Below, piece by piece: positions 1 to 11,865 of a stretch of DNA of 64,000 nt (positions are counted from its first letter, which is position 1; every line of letters starts with the position of its first letter). The notes beneath the pieces were generated by a model that was given only the letters and a program-made list of their open reading frames with translations, did no database searches and was not told the DNA's origin. A program made the translations under genes and the position numbers. The stretch is from Lama guanicoe (lineage: Eukaryota). The stretch is from contig MU054400.1 of assembly GCA_013239625.1 (NCBI GenBank), positions 3,012,282-3,076,281 of the forward strand, in the 5' to 3' direction.

Positions 1-254
1 TAGGAGCCTGGATCTCCCTGGAACTGGGTCTTTGTCCGATCATTTTCTAGAAAAGCTCAGATTTCCTCTGTCAAACTGGGTATTTTAACACCTCATCCCC
101 TACGTTACATGATGGGAGTAGGAGGAAGACGGTAGCCACTTTTTTAAATGTGAAGGTCTTTTGTGAAGAAAAGGAATAGCCTTATTTGGGTAGAAATTAT
201 AGGTAAGCTGATTTGAACGCTTTCTAGTAAAATCCTTTCTGACTGTCATACTTG

Positions 255-460
255 TTAAGAGGCAGCAGGACAGCGGGGTGAGGAGCTGCGCCTCTGCGGT
301 CCGGCAGACAGTGGTGTGAGTTTCCTTCCATCTTCTCTGACCACGTGATGTAGACAGGCTGACTCCTCCTTTAGAGCCTCAGTTTCCTCTCCCTAAGATT
401 GTACCGACAGTATTTCATATCTTGGAGCTGTTGTAAGGATTACATGAGATAATATAGTTA
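255..460 (+). mobile_element. MIR SINE
   Basis: Core gagcctcagtttcctc...gttgtaaggattacatgagataat. Confidence 0.7.
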
Positions 461-484
461 TTATTAGCCTCCTTGTTCTAGGGG

Positions 485-650
485 AGTGGCTCTCAAACTT
501 TGGTGTGCCTGGGAACCACGTGGAGGTCTTGGTAAAATAGATTGTGGGCCCCACCCCCGGAGTTTCTGATTCAGCAAGAATTTACACAGCCAACAAATTC
601 TCAGCTAAAGTGGATGTTGCCGATCGGGGGCCCTTCCTCTGAGAACCACC
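485..650. mobile_element. MER5A-like hAT-Charlie DNA transposon
   Basis: Terminal inverted repeats agtggctctcaaa...tgagaaccac and internal gggccccacccccggagtttctgattcag. Confidence 0.75.
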
Positions 651-1767
651 ACAACATGGTCTGACAGACTGTTTACTGCATGTGCTCGAATGTTTAAAAA
701 TTAGCTGTAGTTCGTGAAGATGCATTTCATGATCAACTGAAAAGAGTTTGAGAGTCAAGGTATCTAGGCTCCTTTCTTCCTGTTGCCACTAATTCTTTGG
801 GTTGCCAGAGAAAAGCCTCTTAACCGCTCTGTTTCGTTCTCGCTGCCCTGTATCTTCAGCAGCTGGTTGTGGAGGCCACACGAGTGAGCGTGGGTTACGA
901 GCACTGTGGACAGTGTTGGCGTGTCGACCACTAGGACAGTAGAGCTGCTGCTGCTACGTTGGGCTGCTAGCCTTTGTTCCCCTGTCGTGGAAATGCCTTT
1001 GATTGAGCTACCAGTACAAGACCCTGTCTTCGTAGGAAAAAGAACTAAAAAAATCTCCTATTTGTCCTTGCAAGGGTGTTTGTAGAAACAGGCAAGCCCT
1101 CTGTTAATGTACTATTTTTACTTGGATAAATCAGGTGCATAGGGAATAAGTACTCAGGGATGACCCAGTCTCTGGATGTTGGTTTAGTGTCCCTTTTCCA
1201 TGATGGAAATAAAGTGAAGTTGCCCTTGAAAGTGTTGTGATATGATCAGCTGGCGGGTGACTAAAGTTTAGTGAGCCTTCCTGAGGACAAACCCCTCTGA
1301 GCCCTTTATAGGTGTTACTCACAAAATTTAGCCAACAGCTCCATGCGTATACTGGGCCCTACTGTAAAGGTAGAGAAACTCAGCCTACATTCACAGCGCC
1401 GTCAATAAATGTTGCAAGCCACGACTTGAACCTGCAGAGTGTCTCCTGCTCAGCCCCAGGTCCCAGCTATCCCTCTGCCCAAAAGCTGACTGCTAGTAGC
1501 CTGCCCTTTCAGCCACGCGACCGACTTGTGAAGAGTGATACCTACCGACTAGTTAGTATTTATGTTCATTGTTTGGTATAAAAATGGATAAACATTATTG
1601 TTATCTTCTTGAACAATAAAATCAACCCTCCTTGAATTGGTTAAGCATAATTTGAGATTGGGTTGAAGATTTTTAAGATGCATGATTCATTTGCATGGAA
1701 GTAATGTCCTTGCCAGTATCGTTGTGGGCAAAGGGAACTTCCATGAATTCTGCCAAATTTATTAAGG

Positions 1768-1959
1768 CTCCTCCTCCTCCTCCTCCTCCTTCTTCTTCTC
1801 CTCCTTCTCTTCTTTCTTCTCCTTCTTCTTTCTTCTTCTTCTTCTTCTTTCTTTCTTCTGCTTCTTCTTTCTTTCTTCTTCTTCTTCTTCTTCTTCTTCT
1901 TCTTCTTCTTCTTCTTCTTCTTTTCTCCTTCTTCTTCTTCCTCTTCCTCTTCCTCTTCT

Positions 1960-1991
<32 letters not shown>

Positions 1992-2107
1992 TTCTTCTTC
2001 TTCTTCTTCTTCTTCTTCTTCTTCTTCTTCTTCTTCTTCTTTTTCTTCTTCTTCTTCTTCTTCTTCTTTTTCTTCTTCTTCTTCTTCTTCTTCTTCTCTC
2101 CTTTTTT
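1768..2107. repeat. Compound (TCC)n/(TTC)n microsatellite, a 340-bp polypyrimidine tract
   Basis: Read directly. It contains a single purine (G1860). Confidence 0.98.
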
Positions 2108-2320
2108 AAGTATAGTCAGTTTACAATGTGTCAATTTCTGGTGTACAGCACAATGTTTCAGTCATACAAATGCATACATATATTCCTTTTCATGTTTTTT
2201 TTCATTATAGGTTATTACAAGATATTGAATATAGTTCCCTGTGCTATACAGTAGGACCTTACTGTTTATTTTATAAATGGTATATAGTATTTTAAAATCT
2301 CAAGCTCTCAATTTAGCCCT
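2108..2320 (-). mobile_element. L1 3'-end fragment (cetartiodactyl/camelid type)
   Basis: agtatagtcagtttacaatgtg...gatattgaatatagttccctgtgctatacagtagg is a typical antisense L1 3' terminus. Confidence 0.75.
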
Positions 2321-2594
2321 TCTTCTTGATTACTTAATTTGCCACTAGTGAATTATATTTATGATGCAGAAAATATAAATTTTAATTTATTTATACAATT
2401 AGAATTTTAATGGTGGAACTTCTTAACTTTTATTATACTTTAAATTTTTTTTAACAATTCTGGTCCACATATAATTAATGCTATATATTTGCCTATACTT
2501 GAAAGTTGTGAATTTCTAATTTGACACTTTTTAAATGCTGCATCTACTTCCTTCATGCACTTACTATGCATTCCATGATGTATTTATTATCTGT

Positions 2595-3089
2595 TGTTAA
2601 CCAAAAGTTTAGAAACGGAGACCTGATTGAAATAAAAAGCCATTTATTTGGAATTTGTTAGGACTGCAGCCCAGGAGACAGAGTTTTAAGAAGCACTTGA
2701 ATTGTGTTCCGCCAGACTACAAAATGGAGGAGGTTTATAAAAGCACACACAGCAAGGTTACAGTTAGTTACATGAGTTGTTTACCAAGAATTATAATTAG
2801 AGCTGGCAAGAAGTAAGGGTACTTATTGAGTAAGGATTGGTTGGGACCCAAAATGGTTACATGATCACAAGGGGAGACCTTGAGACCATAAGGTGTAGCT
2901 GGCAGGCATTGTTCTGAATACGGCTGGTGGTGTCCTTGAGTCTGGAACAGTTCAAAGAAAGTTCAAGTTTTCAGTGGTGCAGAGACATGTCTGAGGCTAG
3001 ATCCTCAGTGGCCGCCCAGCTCCGCTTCTGTGTGCCTGAGCTGTGATCGCTCCATCGTAACTTCACCCTGTCATCGCTGCCAGTCAACA
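2595..3089 (-). mobile_element. Solo LTR, probably ERV1 class
   Basis: About 495 bp bounded by TGTTAAC...GTCAACA inverted termini. The minus strand has AATAAA (tttatt at ~2643) and a TATA-like box (tttataaaa at ~2734). No clear TSD. Confidence 0.55.
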
Positions 3090-6000
3090 GATGCTCAGTT
3101 AGCCCCAGCTGGGCACTGTGGGGACAGAGATGTACACCAAATACAGTTTCTACCCTACACATGTTTAAACCAGTTGAAAGACAAAGTTTATGCATAAAGT
3201 GATAACGCCACAAAATTTAATCTGATAAGTCGTTTCATCAGAAAGAGTAAATGCTAGATGATCTTGTGTGTTGGAGGTTTTCAAAGCCGGTGCTAGATCT
3301 TGAAGGGAGTTGACAAGGTCCAGAAGAAAAATGAGCACATTTCCCCAGGAGACACAGCCACAGCAAACGGAGGGCCAGGAAGGGACATAGACAGACCTCC
3401 GTGGCTGTAGCCAAGGGCTTCTTTGATGAGAGAGATGTCTAGAGGTGTCAAGCCCTCCAGTGTGCGCCTGCACAGCTGAGAGAGTGGACATCACCTCGGG
3501 GGCACTGTTGGTGTGACAGCTCGCAGGCCAAAATGCCAAGGAGCCTAGGGTACCCCAAGTGGCTGACCTGATAGCAGAAGATGACATCAAATGACAGATG
3601 TCTTTTCCTATCACCTGGGACTCTGGATTTAAATCTGATGCTTGGATCTGCCCAGAATTGTGTTGACTTGGAGCGGGGACAGGAGTAACCTCATTTTCCG
3701 AATGGAAATATCCAGGATCAGAGAACACAGGCAACTAGGCTACTTAACAATAAATCACCAAACTAAGCTTGAGAAAACAATAGTAGGACTAAGGCAGCCA
3801 AATTAAAACTTGTGTTTTAACAGATGTACCCACCCACCCCACCCCACCTCCCTCCAAGTCACTCTTTTGTTTCCTGGTGACATGACTTTTGTTTTGGGCA
3901 CATGATCCTTTGATGCTCTTCTCAGAACCATATCCTTCTGCATTCTCCGGGTTGTCACCAGGACAGAATTCTGTTCTTTGCTTCCTAAAGTCATCTGTTC
4001 CTCATTCCTTCATTCATCCATCCATGTCTTCATGTATTTATGAAGCAAATGCTGATGAAATGTCTGTTTTGTTCCAGGCACTGTGCTTTCTGTCCATATA
4101 CTTCCTTCTTACAGCACATGTGACAGGACACCTCAAAATAAGAACACTGAAAATGCTCTTTAGCCCTTGACATCGGACCAGTCCCAACAATTAAATAAAC
4201 ACACGTACAAGTAACAATAATCGTGTAATTTCTAAAACTGCATTTGATCAAGCCCTTTTCAGGAACTGCTTAACGACATTTATAACGGCAAACCTGCCTG
4301 GTACCTCATGCAGAATTTTTGACCTGCAGTTTGGAAATAATTTGGCCCCATATCCTCATTTTCCAAAAGCCACAGAGCAAAGACCAGGCTATCAACCTCC
4401 CAGCAACTTGTTCAGAATTCTTTCTACCTCATTAAGCCGTCGCTTTGAAAATATCTTCTCTGTAGTCTTCTTTGAGAGGAAGGCCAATTTTCTTTCTGAA
4501 TAAAGTGCCCTCACTTTCAAAGATTTCTTTGAAGGATAACAAATTTAATCTCCCGAGAGGCTCTTCATACCCAGACAGCCTTGTACCTCGGTAGCCAGAG
4601 AACACACACTTTTAGCACCTACATTTCCTAAGTGCAAAGTGAGTTGGTAACACTGAGGACAACACCCGCCAGCCCTGGTGGCTTCTCCTGTCAAGGGTCC
4701 TCTGCCTCCCATCCTTTGCTCGGGCAGCAAAGGCTTCATCTACACTCTGCCACGCTGGTCCCCAGGATTAAGTTAGATGATGTGTGTGAAGTGCTTTGGA
4801 AGCTGGATGTTGTCTGCAAGTGTAAGAGATTTCTATTGTCTCCAATACCCTCTAAAAGGAGACCAGGCGCTGCTCGTCTGTGTTTCAGGCATCTAGCAGA
4901 ACTCATTCAATAAACATTTTTTGAAAAGGAATGAATGAAAGATTTATCAAATGTCACGTTGAAAGCCAGGGCTTGGGAGTCAAGCATGTCACAAAGTCTT
5001 ATGTGAAAAATGACATCGGAGGGACAAAGGTAAATGTGACCTTGTTGTGTATCTTATTTAACAACCAAATAAGGCTTTTCTCTGCTCCATCAGAAAACCG
5101 AGTGCCTCCCAGTGTTGTGAGGTTTCCAGTGCCTCGTTCTCCAAGCGTAGGCCATCTCCTGCTCTCAGGGTTTCCTGGCTCGGATCTGAAGCAAGCTCCC
5201 AGGCCTGGCTGGCTTCTGAGAGCTGTCAGGCACAAAGAAAGGCATGGCGGACTTGGCCCCTTCCTTTGAGAGAAAGGGACTGTCAGAAACACAGTCAGCT
5301 CGTGGTCGGCCTTTAGAAACTCTCTCCCACGTTGGTCCCAGAGAGAACATTTGTGTGTGTGTTTGCTTTGGTTTTGAGAACTAAACACCCCTTCTGACAT
5401 GATGTGCGCCAGCTCCTTAACACTGGGGTGTTTCAGAAATGATGCCACGGGGCTCGTGACGCAAAAGGCACTGCCTTGCTTTAGAAACAGGAAGAAAAGG
5501 GATGTGAAGGGGGAGGCTTTTAAAGAACAGAGGGGAATGAATTTAAGTATTTCAGGAAGGATAGAGCTTCAGACAAGGCTAAGAGGGCCCCCAGAATTAG
5601 AGGGGATCCCCAAACACCCCTGTCGGTTGCTTTCTTGTCCCATGAGAGAGGACACAGAGGTCTTCAAGTGCTGTTGGCCCAGTGTCTTTCCCCAGAGCAA
5701 CATCAGAAAGTCTTGGGTCACACTGGGTGGGAGCAAGGCTGCCTCCAAGCGAACACAGGAGGCAGACCACATGCACATTATTTTGAACGTATCTCCTCTC
5801 TTTTCAGAGAAGATACGATTTCAAATGTGTTTCAAGTATGATTTTCTAGAGAGCAAAAACAATGAAAACTCTCAGTGACAAAAATCTACATTTTGATCAG
5901 AGAATGTTCAAACTCTGGGCTGTGTCTCACTGAGTGTGTAGGGAGCATTTGATTAACAAGGCAGGCCACTGCAGATGTGTTCCTGCCTTCACTCTCCTGT

Positions 6001-6218
6001 ACTGGGTACCGGGTGGGTGAGGTGATATGAACGTTAGCATGTGTAGATGGCGTCTGATCGTATCTCTGTGGATTTATGTGTCTGGATGTACGTTTGTGGT
6101 TTGTAGAGTGTGCCCCCAGCCCTCAGCCGGGAAAGCTCCCCATCTCCAGTCACATCCCCCAAACCTTTGTTCTCCCCTCCTTCCCCCTTTGAGCCCTTCT
6201 TCTTTGGAAATTCAACAG

Positions 6219-6245
6219 TGGAATTTTTCTCCCTGCATCTCTATG
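6219..6245 (+). CDS. NTRK2: Candidate 27-nt in-frame cassette microexon of NTRK2 (WNFSPCISM), a putative kinase insert
   Basis: Pyrimidine tract ~6164-6205, acceptor ttcaacag|, 27 nt with no stop in phase 0, donor ATG|gtgagt. No transcript evidence is available here. Confidence 0.4.
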
Positions 6246-7609
6246 GTGAGTTTTCCCAGCATCGGAAGGCTTGGTTGCCATGGTAGCCAGCCTCCTCCGC
6301 TAGGAGCGGGCGATTTCGGAAGAGGGGATTGTTGCAGTTGGAGGGAGGGGATGAAAAGTCATTAAAGTGGGCCAATTAGTATGCAGGACCAGAGCCTCCT
6401 GTTACAGCTTCTCTCCCACAGCAGCCAGAGCTCTTTAAGTCCCACTGGCTGAGACGGAATGGAGCAGGCAAGGGCCACCTCCCAGCACACCTGTCTGAGT
6501 GAGGTTGCCCACAGTCCCAGCTCCATGGGGACCCAGGTCTTGCTGCCCCCTCCCACCTGCATCTCCTCCTTTGACTTCCTCTCCTTTGCCTCCTTCCATC
6601 TTGAGAACAGAGCTTCATGGAATGACCCCAGTGGGGGAGGAGTTAGGATGTGGGAAATCTATCTTCAAGGTTGCATATACTTAATTATTTTTCTGGTTGG
6701 CCGTCCATCAGCCAGAACAAGAGACGAATATAAAACACGTTCAATGATATTGTTGGCTCTTTGATACTTGGGGGTAGCCACTTTGGATGATACTAGGAAA
6801 AAAGAAAATATTCACGTTTTCATGGGAACAATGACTACTTACACAGCTCAATAGGATCTGTTTCTTGAGCACCAGGGCAAAGCAGGAAGTAGGAACCTTG
6901 ATGGCAATGGAATGGAAACATCATCAAGTCAGAATCCCAAGATCTAGGGAGAAACTTGCCATGTGGTTGGGTGACGTGAGTTCCTGTGTATCTTTGTGTT
7001 CAGTGGATTCACCTGTAAAATGGGCTCGTTAGACATACGTTACTCCAACCCACTAGCTAACGTTCTTTCTAAAGTTCAAGTAGAAAACATAAGAGATGTA
7101 AAACATTTTGGGCTTCACTGCAGAAAGTTCATCTGCTCTTAAAAGTTTGTAAAATCTGAGAGGCATGGGGATGACCAACTCCCCAGGAAGTCTGTCCTGC
7201 AGAAGAGCCCTGATGCTTCTGTCTCCGTGTGAGTGTACCTTCTCCTGCCGCTGCCAGGGTTCCGAGCCTTTTCTCAATGACTCATCGGGAATGTCCCTGC
7301 TCTCTGGCCCGCTGTGGCCTCTGACGCTGGTGCCCATGGCCAGAGGTAGATTTTTACCTTCAGCTTCCTCTTCCCCTGACTCCTTGTCCAGATCCTGTGG
7401 ATGTCAAGGTGTCCTCAGGGCTCCGCACTGTGCCCAGTGTCTGGCCTTGCACCTGGCGGAATAGAATAAATATTTATTATCTACGGCACCTGTGTCCTCC
7501 TCTTACTCCCTGTACTACCACCCGCCCCACCCCGACTCCAGTTTGACTCCTGGCCTCATTGTTCCATCAGAGCAGCTCTTACCATAGTAGGATCAAGGTC
7601 TGGAGTCGA

Positions 7610-7772
7610 GTCCATCATGTTGTGCCAGTGTCAGTTTCCTGGTCTTCATATTATAGCTGTGTGAGATGTTACCCTCGGGGAGCTGGATGGTGGGCCGTGG
7701 GACCTCTCTGGGCTGTACTGGCAGTTCTTTGTGAGTCTATCATTAGTTCATAGTGAAATGTTAAAAGAAAAA
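7610..7772 (+). mobile_element. Old L1M 3'-end fragment
   Basis: gtgtcagtttcctggt...agatgttaccctcgggg...ggacctctctg...gtgagtctat followed by an A-rich end. Confidence 0.55.
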
Positions 7773-7789
7773 TTCAGCAGCTCTCACTA

Positions 7790-9185
7790 AACTTTCAGTG
7801 AAATCTCTCTGGAGATCAAGCCGATGGGCCTTTTCAGTCCTCACCCCATTTGGTAATTGTCGTCCACACCCTCTTTCTTGGAGTGATCTCTCTCCTTGGC
7901 CTCCTTGATACTGGACCACTTTGTTTCCCCGTCCACTCTAGTTATTCCTTCTTAGTCTTTAGAGATAGAGGGTCGACCATTAACTGTTGGAATTTATCAA
8001 GGCCCCCTCCTTGGCCCACTCCCTTCCCTAGGCTCCTCCGGCACAGTCGGGCATCAGTGGCTGCTACTGCAAAGATGACTCACACATGCACACCTCCATC
8101 CAAGCCATTCCCGTGCACCCAGGGCTGCCCTGGGATGCTGCAGTGGCCAGCCCCCTCCTCTCCGACAGTCTCTCTCCTGACTCCCAAGCCCAGCCTACCT
8201 CAGGTCTGCTCGAGTGCTTCCTAGCTCAGTGAATGACTGTCATTAACCAATTCAGCAAACAAGAAACTGTACTTCCTCCACCCTCATCTAAGTGTCCTGG
8301 TCTGAGCCACCTCCTCTCCTGGGTTGACCACCGCAGCCTTTCAGCTGCTCCCAGTGCCATCCCTGCTCTACATGGCATTCTGAGTGTTCTCTGTAAAATG
8401 CAGATCTGGCCCTGCCATTCTCAGATTAAAATCCTTAATGACTTCCCATTGCTCAGAAGGGGAAAAAAAAAAAGAAATGTTTTCACTTACCTGCAAGATC
8501 TGGCAAGTCTTGGTTCTTATCCAAATCCTTAGCCCCAGCCCCTGTTCAGTTCCCATTGCTTAATGTGTAAGTCAGGCTTGACTTTTCTAAGCTCCTTAAA
8601 CACATTTTGTTCCCTTCTGCCACAGGGCTTTGGGACACGCTGCACTCACTACGCCTATAATAAATTTCCTCCTCTCTTCACCTAGTTAATTCGTACTTAT
8701 TCTTTAGGTCGTGGCTGGACTGTCACCCCCACGTGAAGCCTTTTTACCAGTCTTCCAGTCCAGAGCAAATCCTTCTATTAGAAACTCTTAGGCAATGCCA
8801 ATATTCACCCAGAAAACTATTTGCAAAATTTGAACTATTTCTGCACAAGTTGGGAAATAGCCATCACCCCGGGTCTGCTTTCTTCAGCCATTGAGTTGCC
8901 TCCAGACAGCCTGGAGCCTTCAGACACCAAGCCCAAGCTCAGTGTAGGTTACCTTTAGCTGGTGCCTGTTAGATACTCTGACTGTCTCTCCTATTTTTAT
9001 GCATCATGTACTTCTCCTCTACAGCATTTATTACACTTTAATTTCACACTTATTTTGAGATTATTTGATTAATATCTCTAAGTTCTGGAAGAGTGAGGAC
9101 CATTTTTGCCAATATTTTCCCCAAATTGAATACAGGGTAGGCAGCCTATAAATAGGAGCTCAACGAATGATTAATTTAAGTAAAT
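7790..9185 (+). mobile_element. Fragmented L2 LINE
   Basis: L2-like motifs (ctctctccttggcctccttgata, ctcctctcctgg, cacagggctttg, gctcaacgaatg). Boundaries approximate. Confidence 0.55.
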
Positions 9186-10324
9186 GAGCAGTCCTGTCTC
9201 AGGTGTCTTCCAGTTTGAGCCCCCGAGTTCCACAGAGATGAGGCTGTCAGCTAAACAGGGCCCCTGGCTCAGTGGCGAGTCCCCAGCCAGTGGTCTCCCA
9301 TTCTCCCACCCTGTCTCCTTCGTGAAGACTTGCAGCAGACACTTTTTATTATCACCATCCCCAGATCATCCTGCTGCTTCTGGACTCTTCAGCATCCCAT
9401 AGCCTCCATCCTGTTACCATGACCCAGTTTTAGATTTCGAAACTCAAGCATTGCTGATAGAATCTGTGTGTGGCTTTTTTTCCCCCTGTTCTCAAAATAA
9501 AAGATTAAATCAGAATGGTCATGTATATGCTGTCTTAAAAGAGTACTTTAGAGAGAGAAGGTGTTAGCATTTAACATTTGTGGAGTGAACAAAATCTGCT
9601 GAACATTGAGGAGAACATGGAATTGAAGCGTTCCTGCCCGGTGTGTGGTGGCCTAAATTAGACCCAGACGAGTCACTAACGTGCAGGAGGACAGGCGTGC
9701 AGAGAGCCCAGTCGCGATGCATACAACGTGCCCCAACCAGAGGGCCGATGGTCCCCGAGGAAAGGCGGCAAAAACTGTGGTCAGGGCTTAGATGTAGCCT
9801 TAGGCCATTTTAAAAATAGCAAAGTGAAGGCTAAATTCCATGTGAGTCCTTAGAAACAGGAAAGTCTTGGATAAATTGGAGTTTTTTCTTCCTTGCAGAG
9901 CCTTCCCTAAGAGAAGTGCAGCCCATAGATTCCTGCTGAGATGCAGGCAGCCCCTGGTCCCCTGTCAGCAGGAGCTGCTCTAGAGAGCCTGCCTGCTGGG
10001 CTGCAGAAAGAATCACTGTGCCAGACAGTGTGTCCAAGAATGACTACATGCCGTTGCTGTTGGATTGTTTTCCCCTTCCCCAGAATAATCATAATAATGG
10101 TAGACTATATGGAAAGGCCCTTCCTTATCCCCTGCTTTTTTTTTTTTTTTTTTTTTTTTTTGGGACACTCTGCCCCATCAGGCCCCATGGCATCCCCGGA
10201 GCCCAAGCAGAGAGCACGTATGACTTCTGCAGATTCTGAACTGAATCCGGGGCATTACGATAATTCCAGCAAACTGGAGATAATTTTGGCCTAAGAGTCG
10301 AGGCGCTGCTGGAAGCGACTCTGC

Positions 10325-10470
10325 CACACACTTGAACGAGGCATTTATCCTCTCTGAGCCCCGGTTTCTCCATCTGAGAATTGGACTTCATAAAGCCTAG
10401 CTTGCTGGATTATGGCAAGAAGTAAATACATTAACGTATGGAAAGAACCAGCATATGGCCTGGAACATGC
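10325..10470 (+). mobile_element. MIR SINE
   Basis: Core cctctctgagccccggtttctccatctgagaattgg. Confidence 0.6.
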
Positions 10471-11699
10471 GTTGGTTACATTTCCAGCCCTGGAACGGAC
10501 CACCTTTATCTAGCCAACTAAACAGAAACTCGAGATCGGGTCCAAATTTAGGCTAACGACTCCAGACTCGTAAAGTGTTTCATTCAGTAGATCACATTCA
10601 CTTGTCTAAAGGTAATTAGCCTCTAAGGGGGGACAAGAAACACATGGACACTTGAGACTTCCAGACAAGTCAGCATCCTCTTTCTAGCCTTTCAATATTG
10701 TTACAGTGCTGGGAAAATACAGGAGACAGAGCTTTAACAGGAAAACACTGGGCGCAAGTCTCAAATGTAACAAGATGTGTAAAATTGACTTAACAAAGAG
10801 CACTTGTTATATTGTGAAGTCTCCGTAGTCATCATAGGCTTTCAATTTGAACATTACTGTGAACATATGACACTGCTGTACATAGGTCATAAAAATGTCA
10901 AAAGAGTGAATAGATTCAGCATGAAATATTAACCTTGGGGAAAAGCATTTCTAAAGATGGAACCCCTTCCCATTAATGTGAGTGATGAAGCGCTCAAAAT
11001 ATACTCATGCAGCGTGAAACACATAGCTGTGATAAGACTTAACAACGACCCCCATCACGGTTTCTGAGTCCACCAAGCTTACCAAAGAAACTTAAAGGTG
11101 TCTTGTCGGGGGAGATTCGCTGGAGTATGCCCCAGGTGACTGTGGGCTAGTGGGCAGAGCACAGATGCCCAGGGGCAAGTCACTGAAAGCTCAGCTTTTC
11201 AGATGAAAAGTGGAGCTATTTCCTGCTCTGCCCATCTCCTGTTCACACCTTATTGGAGGAGAGAGATCCTGCCGTGGGGCCTCGGAGTCTGCCCTCCTTC
11301 TGTGGTTCCCAGGACACAGAGGACACGGACTGGTGCCCCAGGACACCACGCTGTGGAGGGGAGTGAGCCCTGGATTCAGAGTCAGAGAAGTAGGGCTCTT
11401 CCTGCAACCACGAAGCTGCTGGCCTTGAGCAGGACTTTAAGTACCAGATCTGCCATCTCTATCATAGTATTGTATGAAAAATAAAATTAAAAGAAAGTCA
11501 GAGTAAAGAAGAGGTATAGAGAGATGTAGACAGGAAGAGAGGGAGAGCCATGGCTAACCGCCCGCCCCTGACCTCAGCAAGTGCTCTGGGAAGAGGCTGA
11601 TTTTCCAGTGCTCCCACCGGTTGACCCTCTTCCTCTCTGTGGCTGTTTCCAGGCTGGTGAACCTGGTTTCACCCACGTGCAGAATCACCTGGGCATAAC

Positions 11700-11865
11700 T
11701 GCCAGATTATATGTTAGTTTTGTCAGAAACTGCCCATCAGTCTTCCAAAATGGCTGTATTGAAGCAGCATCACCACCAGCAATGAATGAGGGTTCCTGTT
11801 GCTCCACACCCTCACCAGCATTTGGTGTTGTCAGTGTGCTGGATTTTCACTATTCAAATAGGTGT
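11700..11865 (-). mobile_element. L1M ORF2 3' fragment
   Basis: agaaactgcc...ttccaaaatggctgta...caccagcaatgaatgagggttcctgttgctccacaccctcaccagcatttggtgttgtcag. Confidence 0.8.

Noticed and set aside
1673..2210. Long poly-K/R and poly-F/L ORFs
   Set aside because: They are translations of the TTC/TCC microsatellite, not genes.
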